From positions 1,009-65,008 of the forward strand of contig CAWFKL010000007.1 of assembly GCA_963816385.1 (NCBI GenBank): a DNA stretch of 64,000 nucleotides. The letters run 5' to 3'. Below, one piece after another: positions 31,598 to 42,400 of this stretch (its first letter is position 1; the number at the start of each line of letters is the position of its first letter). The translations under genes and the position numbers were made by a program. Origin of the DNA: an uncultured Actinomycetota bacterium. GTDB lineage: Bacteria; Actinomycetota; Actinomycetes; Actinomycetales; Dermatophilaceae. The notes under the pieces are model-generated. The model was not told the DNA's origin, ran no database searches, and saw only the letters and a list, made by a program, of their open reading frames with translations.

Positions 31598-31873
31598 CGC
31601 CGTTGCGCCCGGGGCCCGAGTCGACGGGCTCCGCTCCTGCCCGGCGCACGGCTGCGACAGCGATCCGTGGTGGCCGCCCGAAGGGCGCGACGGCGCGAGG
31701 TGGGACCGGCCGACCGTGCAGCCACCCCGCCGTGTGGCTCGTCGTCGTCCACGGCTTCGCCCACGCCGTCCAGCATCCGTTCGCGCAACGGCTCGTGCGC
31801 TGGGTCATCGACGACGTCGCCCGCGCGGTGGTGTCGGCCGGACTGACGGTCGGTGAGGGTCATGGAGGTGTCT

Positions 31874-31992
31874 CCTCGGCTCGCGCTTGCACCCACACGT
31901 TCGGCGGGATGCCAGGTCCTCACCCGGGGCACCCCACCGCGTAGGAGGGTTGCCGGCCAGCGAGCCGGGGCTTGTCGCTGACACTCATGACC
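31874..31992 (-). promoter_or_regulatory. SAM-IV riboswitch
   Basis: The minus strand reads GGTCATGAGTGTCAGCGACAAGCCCCGGCTCGCTGGCCGGCAACCCTCCTACGCGGTGGGGTGCCCCGGGTGAGGACCTGGC...GTGCAAGCGCGAGCC. This is nearly identical to the SAM-IV aptamer sequence I remember, GGUCAUGAGUGCCAGCG.CAAGCCCCGGCU.GCUGGCCGGCAACCCUCC...GCGGUGGGGUGCCCCGGGUGA.GACC...GCAAGCGCG. A GAGGAG SD (31877-31872) and an ATG (31863) follow immediately. Confidence 0.88.
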
Positions 31993-32017
31993 TGCCAACC
32001 ACCATACGCGACACCGC

Positions 32018-33533
32018 TCATGCACTCGATGGGCCGTTCCACGACCCGGACTCGCCCGGCCGGGGCGGAGCGCTGCCGATCGAGCCCGGACCACGCCCCG
32101 TCACCACGGGCCCCGAGGTCGAGCGCCTGCCGGATGAGCCGCGCCAGGCGGTGGTCCGGCTCGAGGTCGAGGGCGATGTCGACGGCCATGCCCGCACGTG
32201 CTCCGTCTCCCCGCCACCAGGCGTAGTTCGCGACGACGGCGAGCAGCGGGGCCGCGTGCTCGGCCGGTGTCGCTCGGCACACGCGCTCGAGCCTGGCGTG
32301 GAGGCGATGCGCTGAGCTGGCCTCCTCCCACTCCCGCCACTCCTCCCACGACGCGGTGGCCCGGGCCCCCGCGTCGGGCCTGCGACGACTCGTCGCCCGG
32401 TAGCGCCGACCCGCGGCCGTGCGGGCCGTTGTCGCCGCCCCCGCCGTGCTCCGCTGCGCCGCGGTGTCGGCCGCCCCTCATGCGCTCGCGTCGTGGAGAT
32501 GCCCCGGCCTGCCGCCGCGGACCTGAGGCCAGCACCGATGTGCTGCTCCATCAGTGCCACCAGCTCGGGAGGGAAGGCCTCCAGCGGCAGCGACTGCGGG
32601 CAGAGCCAAGCCATCAGTGCGTCACGGAAGGCGGTGTCGCGCAGGGGTGCGACGAGGGCCGGAATCCGTGCGTCCAGCTCATCGGCGCTGAGCTCTCCGT
32701 GCAAGACGGCACCCCAGGCAGCCGTGGCGTCGGCCTGCATCAGCAGGGCTGGGGGCGAGCCCGGATCCGGACGACGCCCCGGGTCGGCTCAGGCGCGCGC
32801 GGCCCCGGCGTCCGTGGTGCGACGCCGTCCCTGCGTGCAGGCGGGTGGCGGTCTGCGACGGTCCACGACGGTGGCCGCTGTCGCGCCGGCGTCCCACGTC
32901 TTCGCCTGCGACGTCCGGCGTCCCGCATGCGTGTCGGCCCGTCCTGAGCACGCCCCGGTCGCGCAGACGCGCGAGGGCTACCGCGACGGTGTAGCGCGCC
33001 TGCCACCGGTCGATGGCCTGCTCGCGCTCGTCGTGACGCGGGTCGGTGTCCGGGAGCGGCGCCAGGAGTGCAGCAGCCGCGGCACGGTCGTCGAGCACGG
33101 TGTGGCCGAGCGCGACGTAGCCTGCGACCGCAGGCACGTCGGCTGCGTCGGGCAGCGGCGTGCCGTCCTGCGGGCAGCACGCGCAGTCGACCGCGAACCA
33201 CCGGCCGTCGCGCACGACGAGCCGCTCGTGGACGATCACCCGCTCCCGCTCGAGTCCATCGCGCAACGCCTCTGCGAGGACGTCGGAGCCGCCAGCCTCC
33301 TGCTCGAAGCCGATCACCCAGGCAGACGAAGGACGGTCCCGAACGAGCGTGCGAAGACCGTCGGCGGCGACGGCCTCGGCCAGGTCGTCCGGCGGCAGGT
33401 CGAACCGCGCCACGAGTCCCAGCCGCTTGCCGTGGAAGCACACGACCACGACGCTGCGGATCGGCTGGAACCCCAGATGGAAGGGGAGGATGGTCAGCAG
33501 GTCGGCTGGTCCGGACACGGAGATCTTCGGCAT
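32018..33533 (-). pseudogene. DUF4192-family protein broken over at least 3 frames. The 3' end is uncertain.
   Basis: The N-terminal part is in ORF 32679-33533 (MPKISVSGPADLLTILPFHLGFQPIRSVVVVCFHGKRLGLVARFDLPP...). The middle part is in ORF 32018-32740 (...AAWGAVLHGELSADELDARIPALVAPLRDTAFRDALMAWLCPQS...). The C-terminal part is in ORF 31920-32282 (...PLLAVVANYAWWRGDGARAGMAVDIALDLEPDHRLARLIRQALDLG...). The last ORF only reaches 31920 by translating the riboswitch. Confidence 0.65.
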
Positions 33534-33672
33534 GAGACGAGCCTCGGCCCGTCAGCGCCTCCCGTGCAGAGGGGTCCTTGTTCCTGTGGATGGAGGCCGC
33601 AACCGTACTGGGAGCTGTGGACGAGCGCCTGCCCCACCGGTCGGCGCGGTCGGCGTCGGCGCGTCGGCGCGC

Positions 33673-34442
33673 TCAGCGCTCGAGACGCTTGCGCACCGTC
33701 TCGAGCAGGTAGTCGGTCGCAGCCTGACGCACGCCCTCGGGCAGGACCACGCGTCCGTTGGCGTCACGGCTGCCGGGCCGTGGGGCCGCCGCACCGGTCG
33801 TGTCCCGATCGGCTCGCGGAGGTGCGCCGGCGCCGGACACGTCGGGCCGAGCCGGCCGTGCCACCCGAGCCGGCCGTGCCACCGAGCCGGCCGTGCGACC
33901 CGAGCCGCCGGTCCAGCGACCGAAGCCACCGGTCCGGCCGGGCGGCACCCAGGACGACCGCTGCCCTCCGCCGCCCCACCCGCGCGATGGAGCCGACTCG
34001 TCCAACCGGGCCGAATCACCTGATTCATCAGAGCCATCAGAGCCACCAAGCCATCCAAGCCATCGGAGGGGCTGGACCACGTGGCCTCCCCCGGCACCGT
34101 GCGGGCGCCTCCCTGACCGAGCTCCCACGCGACGAAGCGGTCGGTCTCCTCGATGAAGGCCTTGATGGCCCACCCGATGACGACGGCGTCGTCGGCGGCG
34201 CCGAGGACCGGAAGGAACGCCTCCGGCAGCAGGTCGATGGGTGAGGCGACGTACGCGACGGCCCCCGCGACGAGGCCGAGCCGCCTGACGGTGGTGCCGG
34301 CATACGTGCCGTCGAGGGTCGCGCGTATCAGGCGCGGCACGGCGTGAACGCGCTCCACGACGGACGGTCCACCGGGGCGCATCGAGGCGCGCACGACGGA
34401 CGCGACCGTGGCCGCGAGCTTGATCCGGGATGCCGTCTTCAT
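33673..34442 (-). CDS. DUF1232 (YkvA-like) membrane protein with a Gly/Trp/Arg-rich repetitive C-terminal region. At least one frame change near 34040-34130.
   Basis: ORF 33552-34442 carries the N-terminus ...VAYVASPIDLLPEAFLPVLGAADDAVVIGWAIKAFIEETDRFVAWE. ORF 33673-34173 carries a plausible C-terminus ...DANGRVVLPEGVRQAATDYLLETVRKRLER. The merged length is 770 nt, which is 3n+2. Confidence 0.6.
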
Positions 34443-34514
34443 GCCCGACCCAACGAGCGAGCCGACGTCTCGATTCCGCCCGCGGGCAGCCGTTGCAGAC
34501 TCGTCATCTCACGG

Positions 34515-35273
34515 TCACCGCCCGTAGGTGGCCACCGGCGGGAACTCCTGCGCTGCCTGCTTGCCGATGCGGCCGAGCATGTAGACGTCGATGACAGCGC
34601 CCAGCAGGCCACCGACGATCGGGACGGCCCGGCCGAGCCTGGCGAACGTGCTGCCGCCGATGCGCCCGAGGAGGCGGAAGCCGATCGCCTTGTTGAGCAC
34701 CATCATGGCCGGCGCGGGGAGGCGGTTGAAGGCGAGGCCCGAGAGCTTGCCCCCGGCCGCCGTCAGGCCGGCCTTCTTGAGGAGGTCGTCGTCGCTGTCG
34801 GCGCCGATGAGCGTGAGCAGCACCGCCGAGCGGATCTCCGGCTGGGCGAGGTCGTAGCCGCGCACCTTCGCTGTCGCCGCGGTCAGGCGGGTGCCGAGCA
34901 GGTAGAACTCCAGGACGTTGGCCGGCAGCGAGATGGGCATGGTGTAGAAGCCGCCGACGCCGGTGACGAAGCCGCCGACCGCGCCGAGCTGGCGGTGGTC
35001 GCGCCGGACGATCTTGAGGGCCTGGTCGGCGTCGCCCCGGGCGTGCTTCAGAGCCGTCTCGGCGATCTTCTCGGCCGAGTCGAAGGGGCCGCGGCCGTCG
35101 ATCCCGATGTCGAGCAGTCGCTCGATGAGCCGGGTCGCCGCGCCGGTGAGCCCTCCCTCGTCGGGCAGCTTGGCCCGTTCCAGGGCTCCACCCTCCGTGG
35201 CGGTCCGCACCTGCCCGGCGCCCTCGCCCGCCGCCTCCGACGACTCATCCCGGTCGATGTCCTGCAGTGCCAC
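34515..35273 (-). CDS. EcsC-family protein
   Basis: Intact 252-aa ORF with ...LGAVGGFVTGVGGFYTMPISLPANVLEFYLLGTRLTAATAKVRGYDLAQPEIRSAVLLTLIG..., which resembles the EcsC family pattern. Confidence 0.7.
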   Translation of the reverse strand: MALQDIDRDESSEAAGEGAGQVRTATEGGALERAKLPDEGGLTGAATRLIERLLDIGIDGRGPFDSAEKIAETALKHARGDADQALKIVRRDHRQLGAVGGFVTGVGGFYTMPISLPANVLEFYLLGTRLTAATAKVRGYDLAQPEIRSAVLLTLIGADSDDDLLKKAGLTAAGGKLSGLAFNRLPAPAMMVLNKAIGFRLLGRIGGSTFARLGRAVPIVGGLLGAVIDVYMLGRIGKQAAQEFPPVATYGR

Positions 35274-35403
35274 CTTCGCTCAACCCCTTGTTCGTCGCGT
35301 GTGGTTCGCCCAGACCATACCCAGCCGACCCTCGTCACGGTATGCCCACAGGAAGGGTCATGGGGCGGGAGCAGCGGCTGGTCCGTCTCGTAGGGTCGTC
35401 GGC

Positions 35404-36553
35404 ATGGCCCCGCGCATTCTCGACGTGCCGCTCGACACCCTCCGACGCGAGCGCACGAGCATCAAGTGGCGCCGCTACGACGCGGACGTGCTGCCGTTGT
35501 GGATCGCCGAGATGGATGCGCGCCCGTGCCCCGCCGTCGTGGAGCGCGTCGTCGGCGACGATGTCGCGCGGCGACACCGGCTACGCGGGCGACGAGGGGT
35601 ATGCCGCCGCGTTCGCCGAGTTCGCGGACGCGGAGTGGGACTGGTCCCCCGACCCGACGCACATGGTGCGGGTCACCGACGTCCTCACCGGCGTCGCGCA
35701 CCTCATCCGGCTGCTCACCGATCCGGGCGGCCCGGTCGTGGTCACTCCCCCGGTCTACAACGCCTTCTACGACGTCATCGCCTCGGTCGGGCGCCGTGTC
35801 GTCGACGCACCGTTGACGGCCGACGCCCGGCTCGACCTCGACGCGCTCGACACGACGTTCGCCGAGGTGACGGCGCGGGGCCAGCGGGCGGCATACCTGC
35901 TGTGCAACCCGCACAACCCGACCGGCACCGTGCACTCGGCGCAGGAGCTCGAGGGACTCGCAGGCGTCGCCGAGCGTCACGGCGTCCGCGTGCTCTCCGA
36001 CGAGATCCATGCCGCGCTCGTCTTTGCAACGAGCACCTACACGCCCTACCTCTCGGTGCCGGGCAGCGGCAGGGGCATCACGGTGACGTCCGCGTCCAAG
36101 GCCTGGAACCTGGCCGGCCTCAAGGCGGCCCTGGTCATCCCGGGTGTCGACGCGCGCACCGACGTCGGACGCCTGCACCCCTTCGTCACCTTCGGTGCGA
36201 GCCACCTCGGCGTCATCGCCCAGACCGCTGCGTACCGGGACGGGCGTGAGTGGGTTCGCCAGCTCGTCGGCGAGCTCGACGACAACCGTCACCTCCTGGC
36301 GTCGCTCGTCGACGAGCACCTGCCGGAGGCGAAGCTCCTCCTGCCCGAGTCCACTTACCTCGCGTGGCTCGACCTCCGCCCCCTGGGCCTCGGCCACCGG
36401 CCCGCCCCCGCCCTGCTGGAGCGTGGACGCGTGGCGCTCTCGGACGGAGTGACGTTCGGTGAGCGCGGCGCCGGGCACGTGCGCATCAACATCGCGACGT
36501 CGGCTGACATCATCCGTGAGGCGATGACGCGCATCGCCGGTTCCGTCGCCTGA
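35404..36553 (+). CDS. PLP-dependent aminotransferase class I/II, MalY/PatB-type (cystathionine beta-lyase-like). Apparent +1 frameshift near 35555-35570.
   Basis: The N-terminus MAPRILDVPLDTLRRERTSIKWRRYDADVLPLWIAEMDARPCPAVVERVV is in the frame of ORF 34963-36249. The rest is in ORF 35267-36553 (...GDTGYAG...LLCNPHNPTGTVHSAQELEGL...VLSDEIHAALVF...TSASKAWNLAGLK...). The merged length is 1150 nt, which is 3n+1. Confidence 0.85.
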
Positions 36554-36554
36554 C

Positions 36555-38305
36555 ATGGCCGAGGCGCCACTCGTCGCTCTGGTCGTCGGCACCCGAGGTG
36601 CGTATGCCGTGGGGCCGGGCCTCGACGAGGAGTGGCCGCTCGACGGGCTGGCCGAGAGGTTCAGCACGACCACGGGCGCGATGCGGCCGCGGTGGGTGCT
36701 GTGGTCGGCCGGGTCGACCCTGCCCCGCGTCGTGGGAGCGCGTGTCGACGTGGCGCGCACGTGGGACCTCGCTGAGACCCACCGTCTGCTGCACGGCGGC
36801 TGGGCGGCGTCACCGGGGCACGTCCTCGCTGGCTGCCGAGGTCTCGACCCCACCGCGGTGCCGGTCCCTCGCACACCCCGGCTCGGGGGCTTCGACGGCG
36901 ACCTCTTCGACGTGCTGTCGGGCGACGACACGGCCCTGCTCACCGACGATGGCCACCTGCGAGCCGATGCGCTCACCTGGGCGTCGGACGCGTCTCGGCT
37001 CCGAGAGCTGGCGGTGCTGGCCCTCGAGTGCCAGGCCGTCCAGGCCGCACAGATCGTCCAGGTCGGCGGAGCCGACGGCGACCGGGCCGCGCGCCTCGAG
37101 CGAACGGTCTGGTCGGAGTCGGCAGCCGCGGTGCTGTGTCTCCAGCTCGAGCGCGACGGACTGCCGGTCGATCGGCTCGCCGCGGAGGACCTCATCGGGG
37201 CATCGGCCGGGCCACGGCCGCACGACGACTCCGACGCCGCGCGATCAGGGCCGAGCGCGACCGGGACGTCCTGCGGCACGCGCCCGGCCGGGATCGCACC
37301 GATCTGCGCAACCCGGGTCAGGTGCGCGACCTGCTCGCGTCGGTCGGCGTCGACGTGCCCAACACCCGGGCCTGGGTGCTCGAGCCGTACCGGCTGACCC
37401 ACCCGCTCGTCGACGCGCTGCTGCGCTGGCGCAAGGACGAGCGGATCGCCACGACGTACGGCTATCGCTGGCTCGACGAGCACGTCGGCGCCGACGACCG
37501 GCTCCGCGGCGCCTGGACGGCGTGCGACGGGGCGGCGGGGCGGATGACGGCCCAGAACGGCCTGCACAACCTGCCCGCTCCCCTGCGCCCTGCGATCTGC
37601 GCGGCCCCCGGACATGCCTTCGTGCGTGCAGACCTCGGCCAGATCGAGCCGCGCGTGCTCGCCGTCGTCAGCGCCGACCGGGCGTTCGCGGAAGCCACGC
37701 GCAGCGACGACCTCTACGCGCCGGTGGCCGCGAAGCTCGGGGCCGACCGGCCCAAGGCCAAGGTCGCCGTGCTCGCCGCGATGTACGGCCAGCGCTCAGG
37801 GGCCGCGGGTGAGGCCCTCAAGGATCTCGAGCGCGCCTATCCCGTCGCCATGGCTCTGCTCGACCGCGCCTACGCCGACGGCGTGGCGCGCCGTCCCGTC
37901 CGCACCTACGGAGGCCGGCTCATCCGGTTCGGGGACGCTCGACTCCCCGCGGGCGAGGGGGGCGACCGGGGCGACTCGGAGGCGGACGCCGTCGGCGGCC
38001 TGGAGGGGTCCGACGGTGCCCGCGGACGCTACGCGCGCAACGCGATCATCCAGGGCTCGGCGGCGGAGCTCTTCAAGGCGTGGGCCGTGACGGTTCGCCA
38101 CGCGGTCCGGCCGCTCGGCGGACAGATCGTGCTGTGCCTGCACGACGAGCTGCTCGTGCACGTGCCGCAGCAGAACGCGGCCGCTGCCGCCGACGCCGTC
38201 GAGCACTCGCTGACGCAGGCCTCGCGCAGGTGGGCGGGCACCGACCAGGTGCGGTTCGTCGCCGACACCTCCGTCATCCGCAGGTGGAGCGAAGCCAAGG
38301 GCTGA
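36555..38305 (+). CDS. Family-A DNA polymerase-like protein (3'-5' exonuclease-like N-terminal domain plus PolA palm/fingers, no 5' nuclease domain). Frame change near 37235-37250.
   Basis: ORF 37028-38305 carries ...DLRNPGQVRDLLASVGVDVPNTRAW...RWRKDERIATTYGYRWL...GRMTAQNGLHNLPAPLRPAI...ADLGQIEPRVLA...AKVAVLAAMYGQ...RNAIIQGSAAELFK...LHDELLVHVP (PolA motifs A/B/C-like). The N-terminal part is in ORF 36555-37397. The merged length is 1751 nt, which is 3n+2. Confidence 0.75.
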
Positions 38306-38373
38306 GGGAAGTGTGACGGATCGAAGCGGTCGAGGCACGCGCTCAGCGGCCGAGGCACGCGGCAGCGGCCGGG

Positions 38374-39313
38374 TCAGCCCTGCCCGTCGGGGCGCTCGTC
38401 GTCGGCGACGTCCTTGAGGAAGGCCTCGAACTCGGCGCCGATCTCGTCGGCCGTCGGCAGGTCGGAGAGGTCGGTCGCGAGCAGGTTGCGCTGCTGGCGG
38501 CCCTCGAGGAACGTGTCGTACTGCTGCTCCAGGGCCCGCACGACGGCCGTGATCTCTTCCGACGCCTCCATCTGGCGGGTGATCTCGGCCCGGTTGAGCC
38601 CCGCCGTGGCGGCGAGCGCGCTGACGTCGAGGTCGAGGCCGGTGGCCGCGCGCACCCGCTCGAGGCCGAGGAGCGCGGCATCGCCGAACTCCGTCTGGCC
38701 GAGGTAGTGCGGCACGTGGACGGCGAAGCCGATCGCGTCGTGCCCGGCCTCGCCGAGCCGGAGCTCGAGCAGCGAGGAGAAGCTCGCCGGGGACCTGCAC
38801 AGTGCCGAAGGCCGGGTCGTTGCCGGTGATGAGGCGCGGGTTCGTGCCATGGGCCGTCACGCCGAGAGGACGGGTGTGGGGCACGGCCATGGGGATGCCG
38901 TGCACGCTCACCGTCAGCCCGACGCCGAACGCGCGCACCAGCTGCGTCGTCGCCTCGACCATGCGAGCCCACTGGTAGTCGGGCTCGGGCCCGACGAGAA
39001 GGAGGAAGGGCACACCTTCCTTGTCGACGACGCGGTGCAGCAGCAGGCTCGGGTCGTCATAGCTGGCCCAGTGGTCACGGTCGAACACCATGACGGGCCG
39101 GCGCCCCCGGTAGTCGAGCAGCTGGTCGACGTCGAAGGACGCGATAACGCGCGACTCGTGCGTCTCGAGCAGATGGGCGGCCATGAGGCGCTGAGTGTTG
39201 CCGGCGTCGATGAAGCCACCGAGCGCAACGACCAGCACCGACGCCTGCAGCTGCCGAAGCGTGCTCGGTGAGGTGTCGCTCTCGAACTGGAAGAGCTCGG
39301 TCGGGTCCTGCAC
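38374..39313 (-). CDS. PAC2 (proteasome assembly chaperone 2-like) family protein. Apparent +1 frameshift in a G4 run at 38789-38792.
   Basis: The N-terminus is in ORF 37796-39367 (...LVVALGGFIDAGNTQRLMAAHLLE...PFLLLVGPEPDYQWARMVEAT...SVHGIPMAVPHTRP...GNDPAFGTVQVP). The C-terminus is in ORF 38374-38850 (ASFSSLLELRLGEAGHDAIGFAVHVPHYL...). The GTG at 39313 has GAAAGG upstream. The merged length is 940 nt, which is 3n+1. Confidence 0.8.
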
Positions 39314-39452
39314 GGGTCTGGCCTTTCGTCGTACGTGGTGATGGTGCAACGTCCAGCCGCACACCATGATTCCCCGCCAAGCGAGGCCTGCCCGGCCGTC
39401 AGGACCGTCAAGGTGCGTCAGCGCAGCGAGGACGACGACCGGAGCCCTCTCG

Positions 39453-42400
39453 TCAGGAGGCGACCTTGGCGATCGCCTTCATGACGCGCTGCGGGGAGAC
39501 GCTGTATGCCGTCCCCACCGTCTGCGCGAAGAGCGAGACCCGCAGCTCCTCGATCATCCAGCCGATGTCGACCACCTCCGCTGCGACCCGCTGGCTGGGG
39601 CGCAGCGAGTCGAGCAGGTCGGCGTAGCGTCCTTCGACCGCGTCCACCTGCTCGAGAGCCTCGGTGTCACGGGCGGGGTTGGCGGGCGCCTTGTCGAGAC
39701 GGTGGGCGATCGCCCGGAGGTATCGGTCCACGTCGGGCAGACGGCGCAAGCCGGTGTCGGCGACGAAACCTGGCCGCACCAGCTCCCGCAGCTGCGCACG
39801 CACGTCGGCGAGCATCGCCCGGATGGCAGGGCTGCTCGACCCGTCGAGCTGCGTGAGCCGGTTGGTGAGCGCGAGGTGCTTGGCGAGGATGGGCTCCACC
39901 AGGCCGACGACCTGGACCACCTTGGCGGTCGTGTGGGTGCGCACGGCGGACAGCGCCCACTCGAAGTCCTCCCTGGTGCGGACGGTGTGGTCGGCCCGGT
40001 GGGTGACCGCGTCGTCTCGGATCGCGTCGACGGCGGCAGCGAGGCAGTCGTCGAGCAGGGCCGGCACGCTGCCGTGCGGGTTGTGCCCTAGAGCGAGCTT
40101 CTGCGTGTTCGTCAGCCGGGAGAGGATCTGCTTCCACGGTGGGGTGATCCCGAGAAGGAGGAGCCGCCGCACTCCGAGCCGGTGCTCGGCCTCCGCCTCG
40201 GCACGTGTCGGCAGCACGCGCAGGTCGACCCCCGCCCCGGTGTCGACGAGCGCGGGGAAGCCCTGCACGCCCGCGGTGCTCTCGAACGTCTCGGGGACGC
40301 CCTCCTCCGGGAAGGCCACCAGTCCGGTGAGCTCCACGCCGGCCCCGGCACGGCTGACCTGACGGCGCAGCTGCGGCGCTGCGGCGTCGCGCACCGCCTC
40401 GAGGTCCTTCCCGGTGGCGACCGGGCTGCCGTCGGTGCCGTCCACGCTGAAGGTGACCTGCAGATGCGCGGGAACCCGCTCGACGTCGAAGTCCGCGGGC
40501 CTCACCGCGATGCCGGCCCTGCGCTGCAGGGCCGCGGCGAGCGCTGGGAGCAGGGGCCCGCTGGCCGGGTCGAGGTCGGGAAGGACACCCCTCGCGTGGT
40601 CGGGAGCAGGGACGAGATGGCGGCGGACTCCCTTGGGGAGACTGCGGATCAGTGCCGTCACGAGCTCCTGTCGGAAGCCCGGCACCTGCCAGTCGAAGCC
40701 GTCCGGTGTCACCTGGTTGAGCCGGTCGACGGGAATGTGCACCGTGACACCGTCCAGCGCCGAGCCGGGCTCGAACTGGTAGGTCACCGGCAGGACGTTC
40801 TCGCCCTGGACCCACGTCGTCGGGTGATCCTCGTCGGCCAGGCTGCCCGCGCTCTCGCGCAGCAGCAGCTCCTCGGTGAAAGTCAGCAGGTCGGGGGTCT
40901 CACGGCGCGCCTTCTTCCACCACGTGTCGAAGTGGCGCCCGGACACGACGTCGGCCGGGATGCGCTTGTCGTAGAAGGCGACCAGCGCGCTGTCGTCGAC
41001 GACGATGTCACGTCGTCGCGTGCGCGCCTCCAGCTCGTCCAGACGTTCGAGGAGCGCCGCGTTCTCGCGGAGGAACGCATGCTCGGTGTGCCAGTCCCCC
41101 TCGACGAGTGCGTGTCGGATGAAGAGGTCACGGGCCAGCTCGGGATCGATGCGGCCGAGGCCCACGACCCGACCGACGACGAGGGGCACCCCGTAGAGCG
41201 TGACCCTCTCCGTGGCGACGGCCGACCCACGGCGGCCCGACCAGCGCGGCTCGGAGTGCTGCCGCTTCACGAGGTGCTCGCCCAGCTGCTCGGCCCAGAG
41301 CGGGTCGATGCGGGCGTTGACCCGCGCCCAGAGGCGACTCGTCTCGACGAGCTCCTCCGCCATGAGGAACTGCGGTTGCTTGCGGAAGAGCGCTGACCCG
41401 GGACTGATGGCGAAGCGCGTGCCCCGCGCCCCGGCATACTCCCGCCTCTGCTCGTCACGGACGCCGACGTGCGACAGCAGCCCCGCGAGCAGCGACTGGT
41501 GAACGGCGTCCACGTCGATCTCGCCCTCGCCCACCTGCACACTGCCGCGGCTCACGTCGAGGCCGGCCTGCTTGGCCGCCTGCTTGACCTGGCTGTGCAG
41601 GTCCTGCCACTCGCGCACGCGCAGGTAGTGGAGGAACTCCGACTTGCACATGCGCCGGAACGCGCTGGAGCTGAGCTCCTTCTGTCGCTCCTTGAGGTAG
41701 GCCCACAGCTTGAGCCACGTGACGAAGTCGCTGGTCTCGTCGGCGAAGCGCTTGTGCGCGGCATTGGCCAGCTCCTGCTTGTCCTGCGGCCGCTCGCGTG
41801 GGTCCTGGATCGAGAGCGCCGCCACGATGACGAGGACCTCGCGCAGCACGCCCCGCCGGTCGGCCTCGATGACCATACGGGCATGGCGCGGGTCGATCGG
41901 CAGCGTGGCGATGGTGCGGCCGTATGCCGTCAGGTGGCGTCCCGGGCGCTGCCCGGCCCGCCCGGACCGCGGGGTGTCCTCCTCCGGAGCAAAGGCCTGC
42001 AGCTCCTCGAGCAGGCGCACGCCGTCGGCGATCTGGCGCGAGTCCGGGGGGTCCACGAACGGGAAGCGCGCGATGTCGCCGAGGCCCGAGGCTCGTCATC
42101 GCCAGGATGACGGAGGCGAGGTTGGTGCGCAGGATCTCCGGGTCGGTGAACTCGGGACGGCTGTCGAAGTCGTCCTCGGAGTAGAGCCTGATCGCGATGC
42201 CGTCGGAGACCCGGCCGCAGCGGCCGGACCGCTGGTTGGCCGACGCCTGGCTCACCGGCTCGATCGGCAGCCGCTGCACCTTCGTGCGCTGGCTGTAGCG
42301 GCTGATGCGCGCCGTGCCGGTGTCGATGACATAGCGGATGCCTGGGACGGTGAGGGAGGTCTCGGCGACGTTGGTGGCGAGAACGATGCGCCTGCCCGCG

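Noticed and set aside
31381-32094. 237-aa minus-strand ORF spanning the riboswitch and the metX 5' end
   Set aside because: It is a composite. It reads through the SAM-IV aptamer and then runs out of frame over the metX N-terminus. Only its internal ATG at 31863 is retained, as a point of interest.
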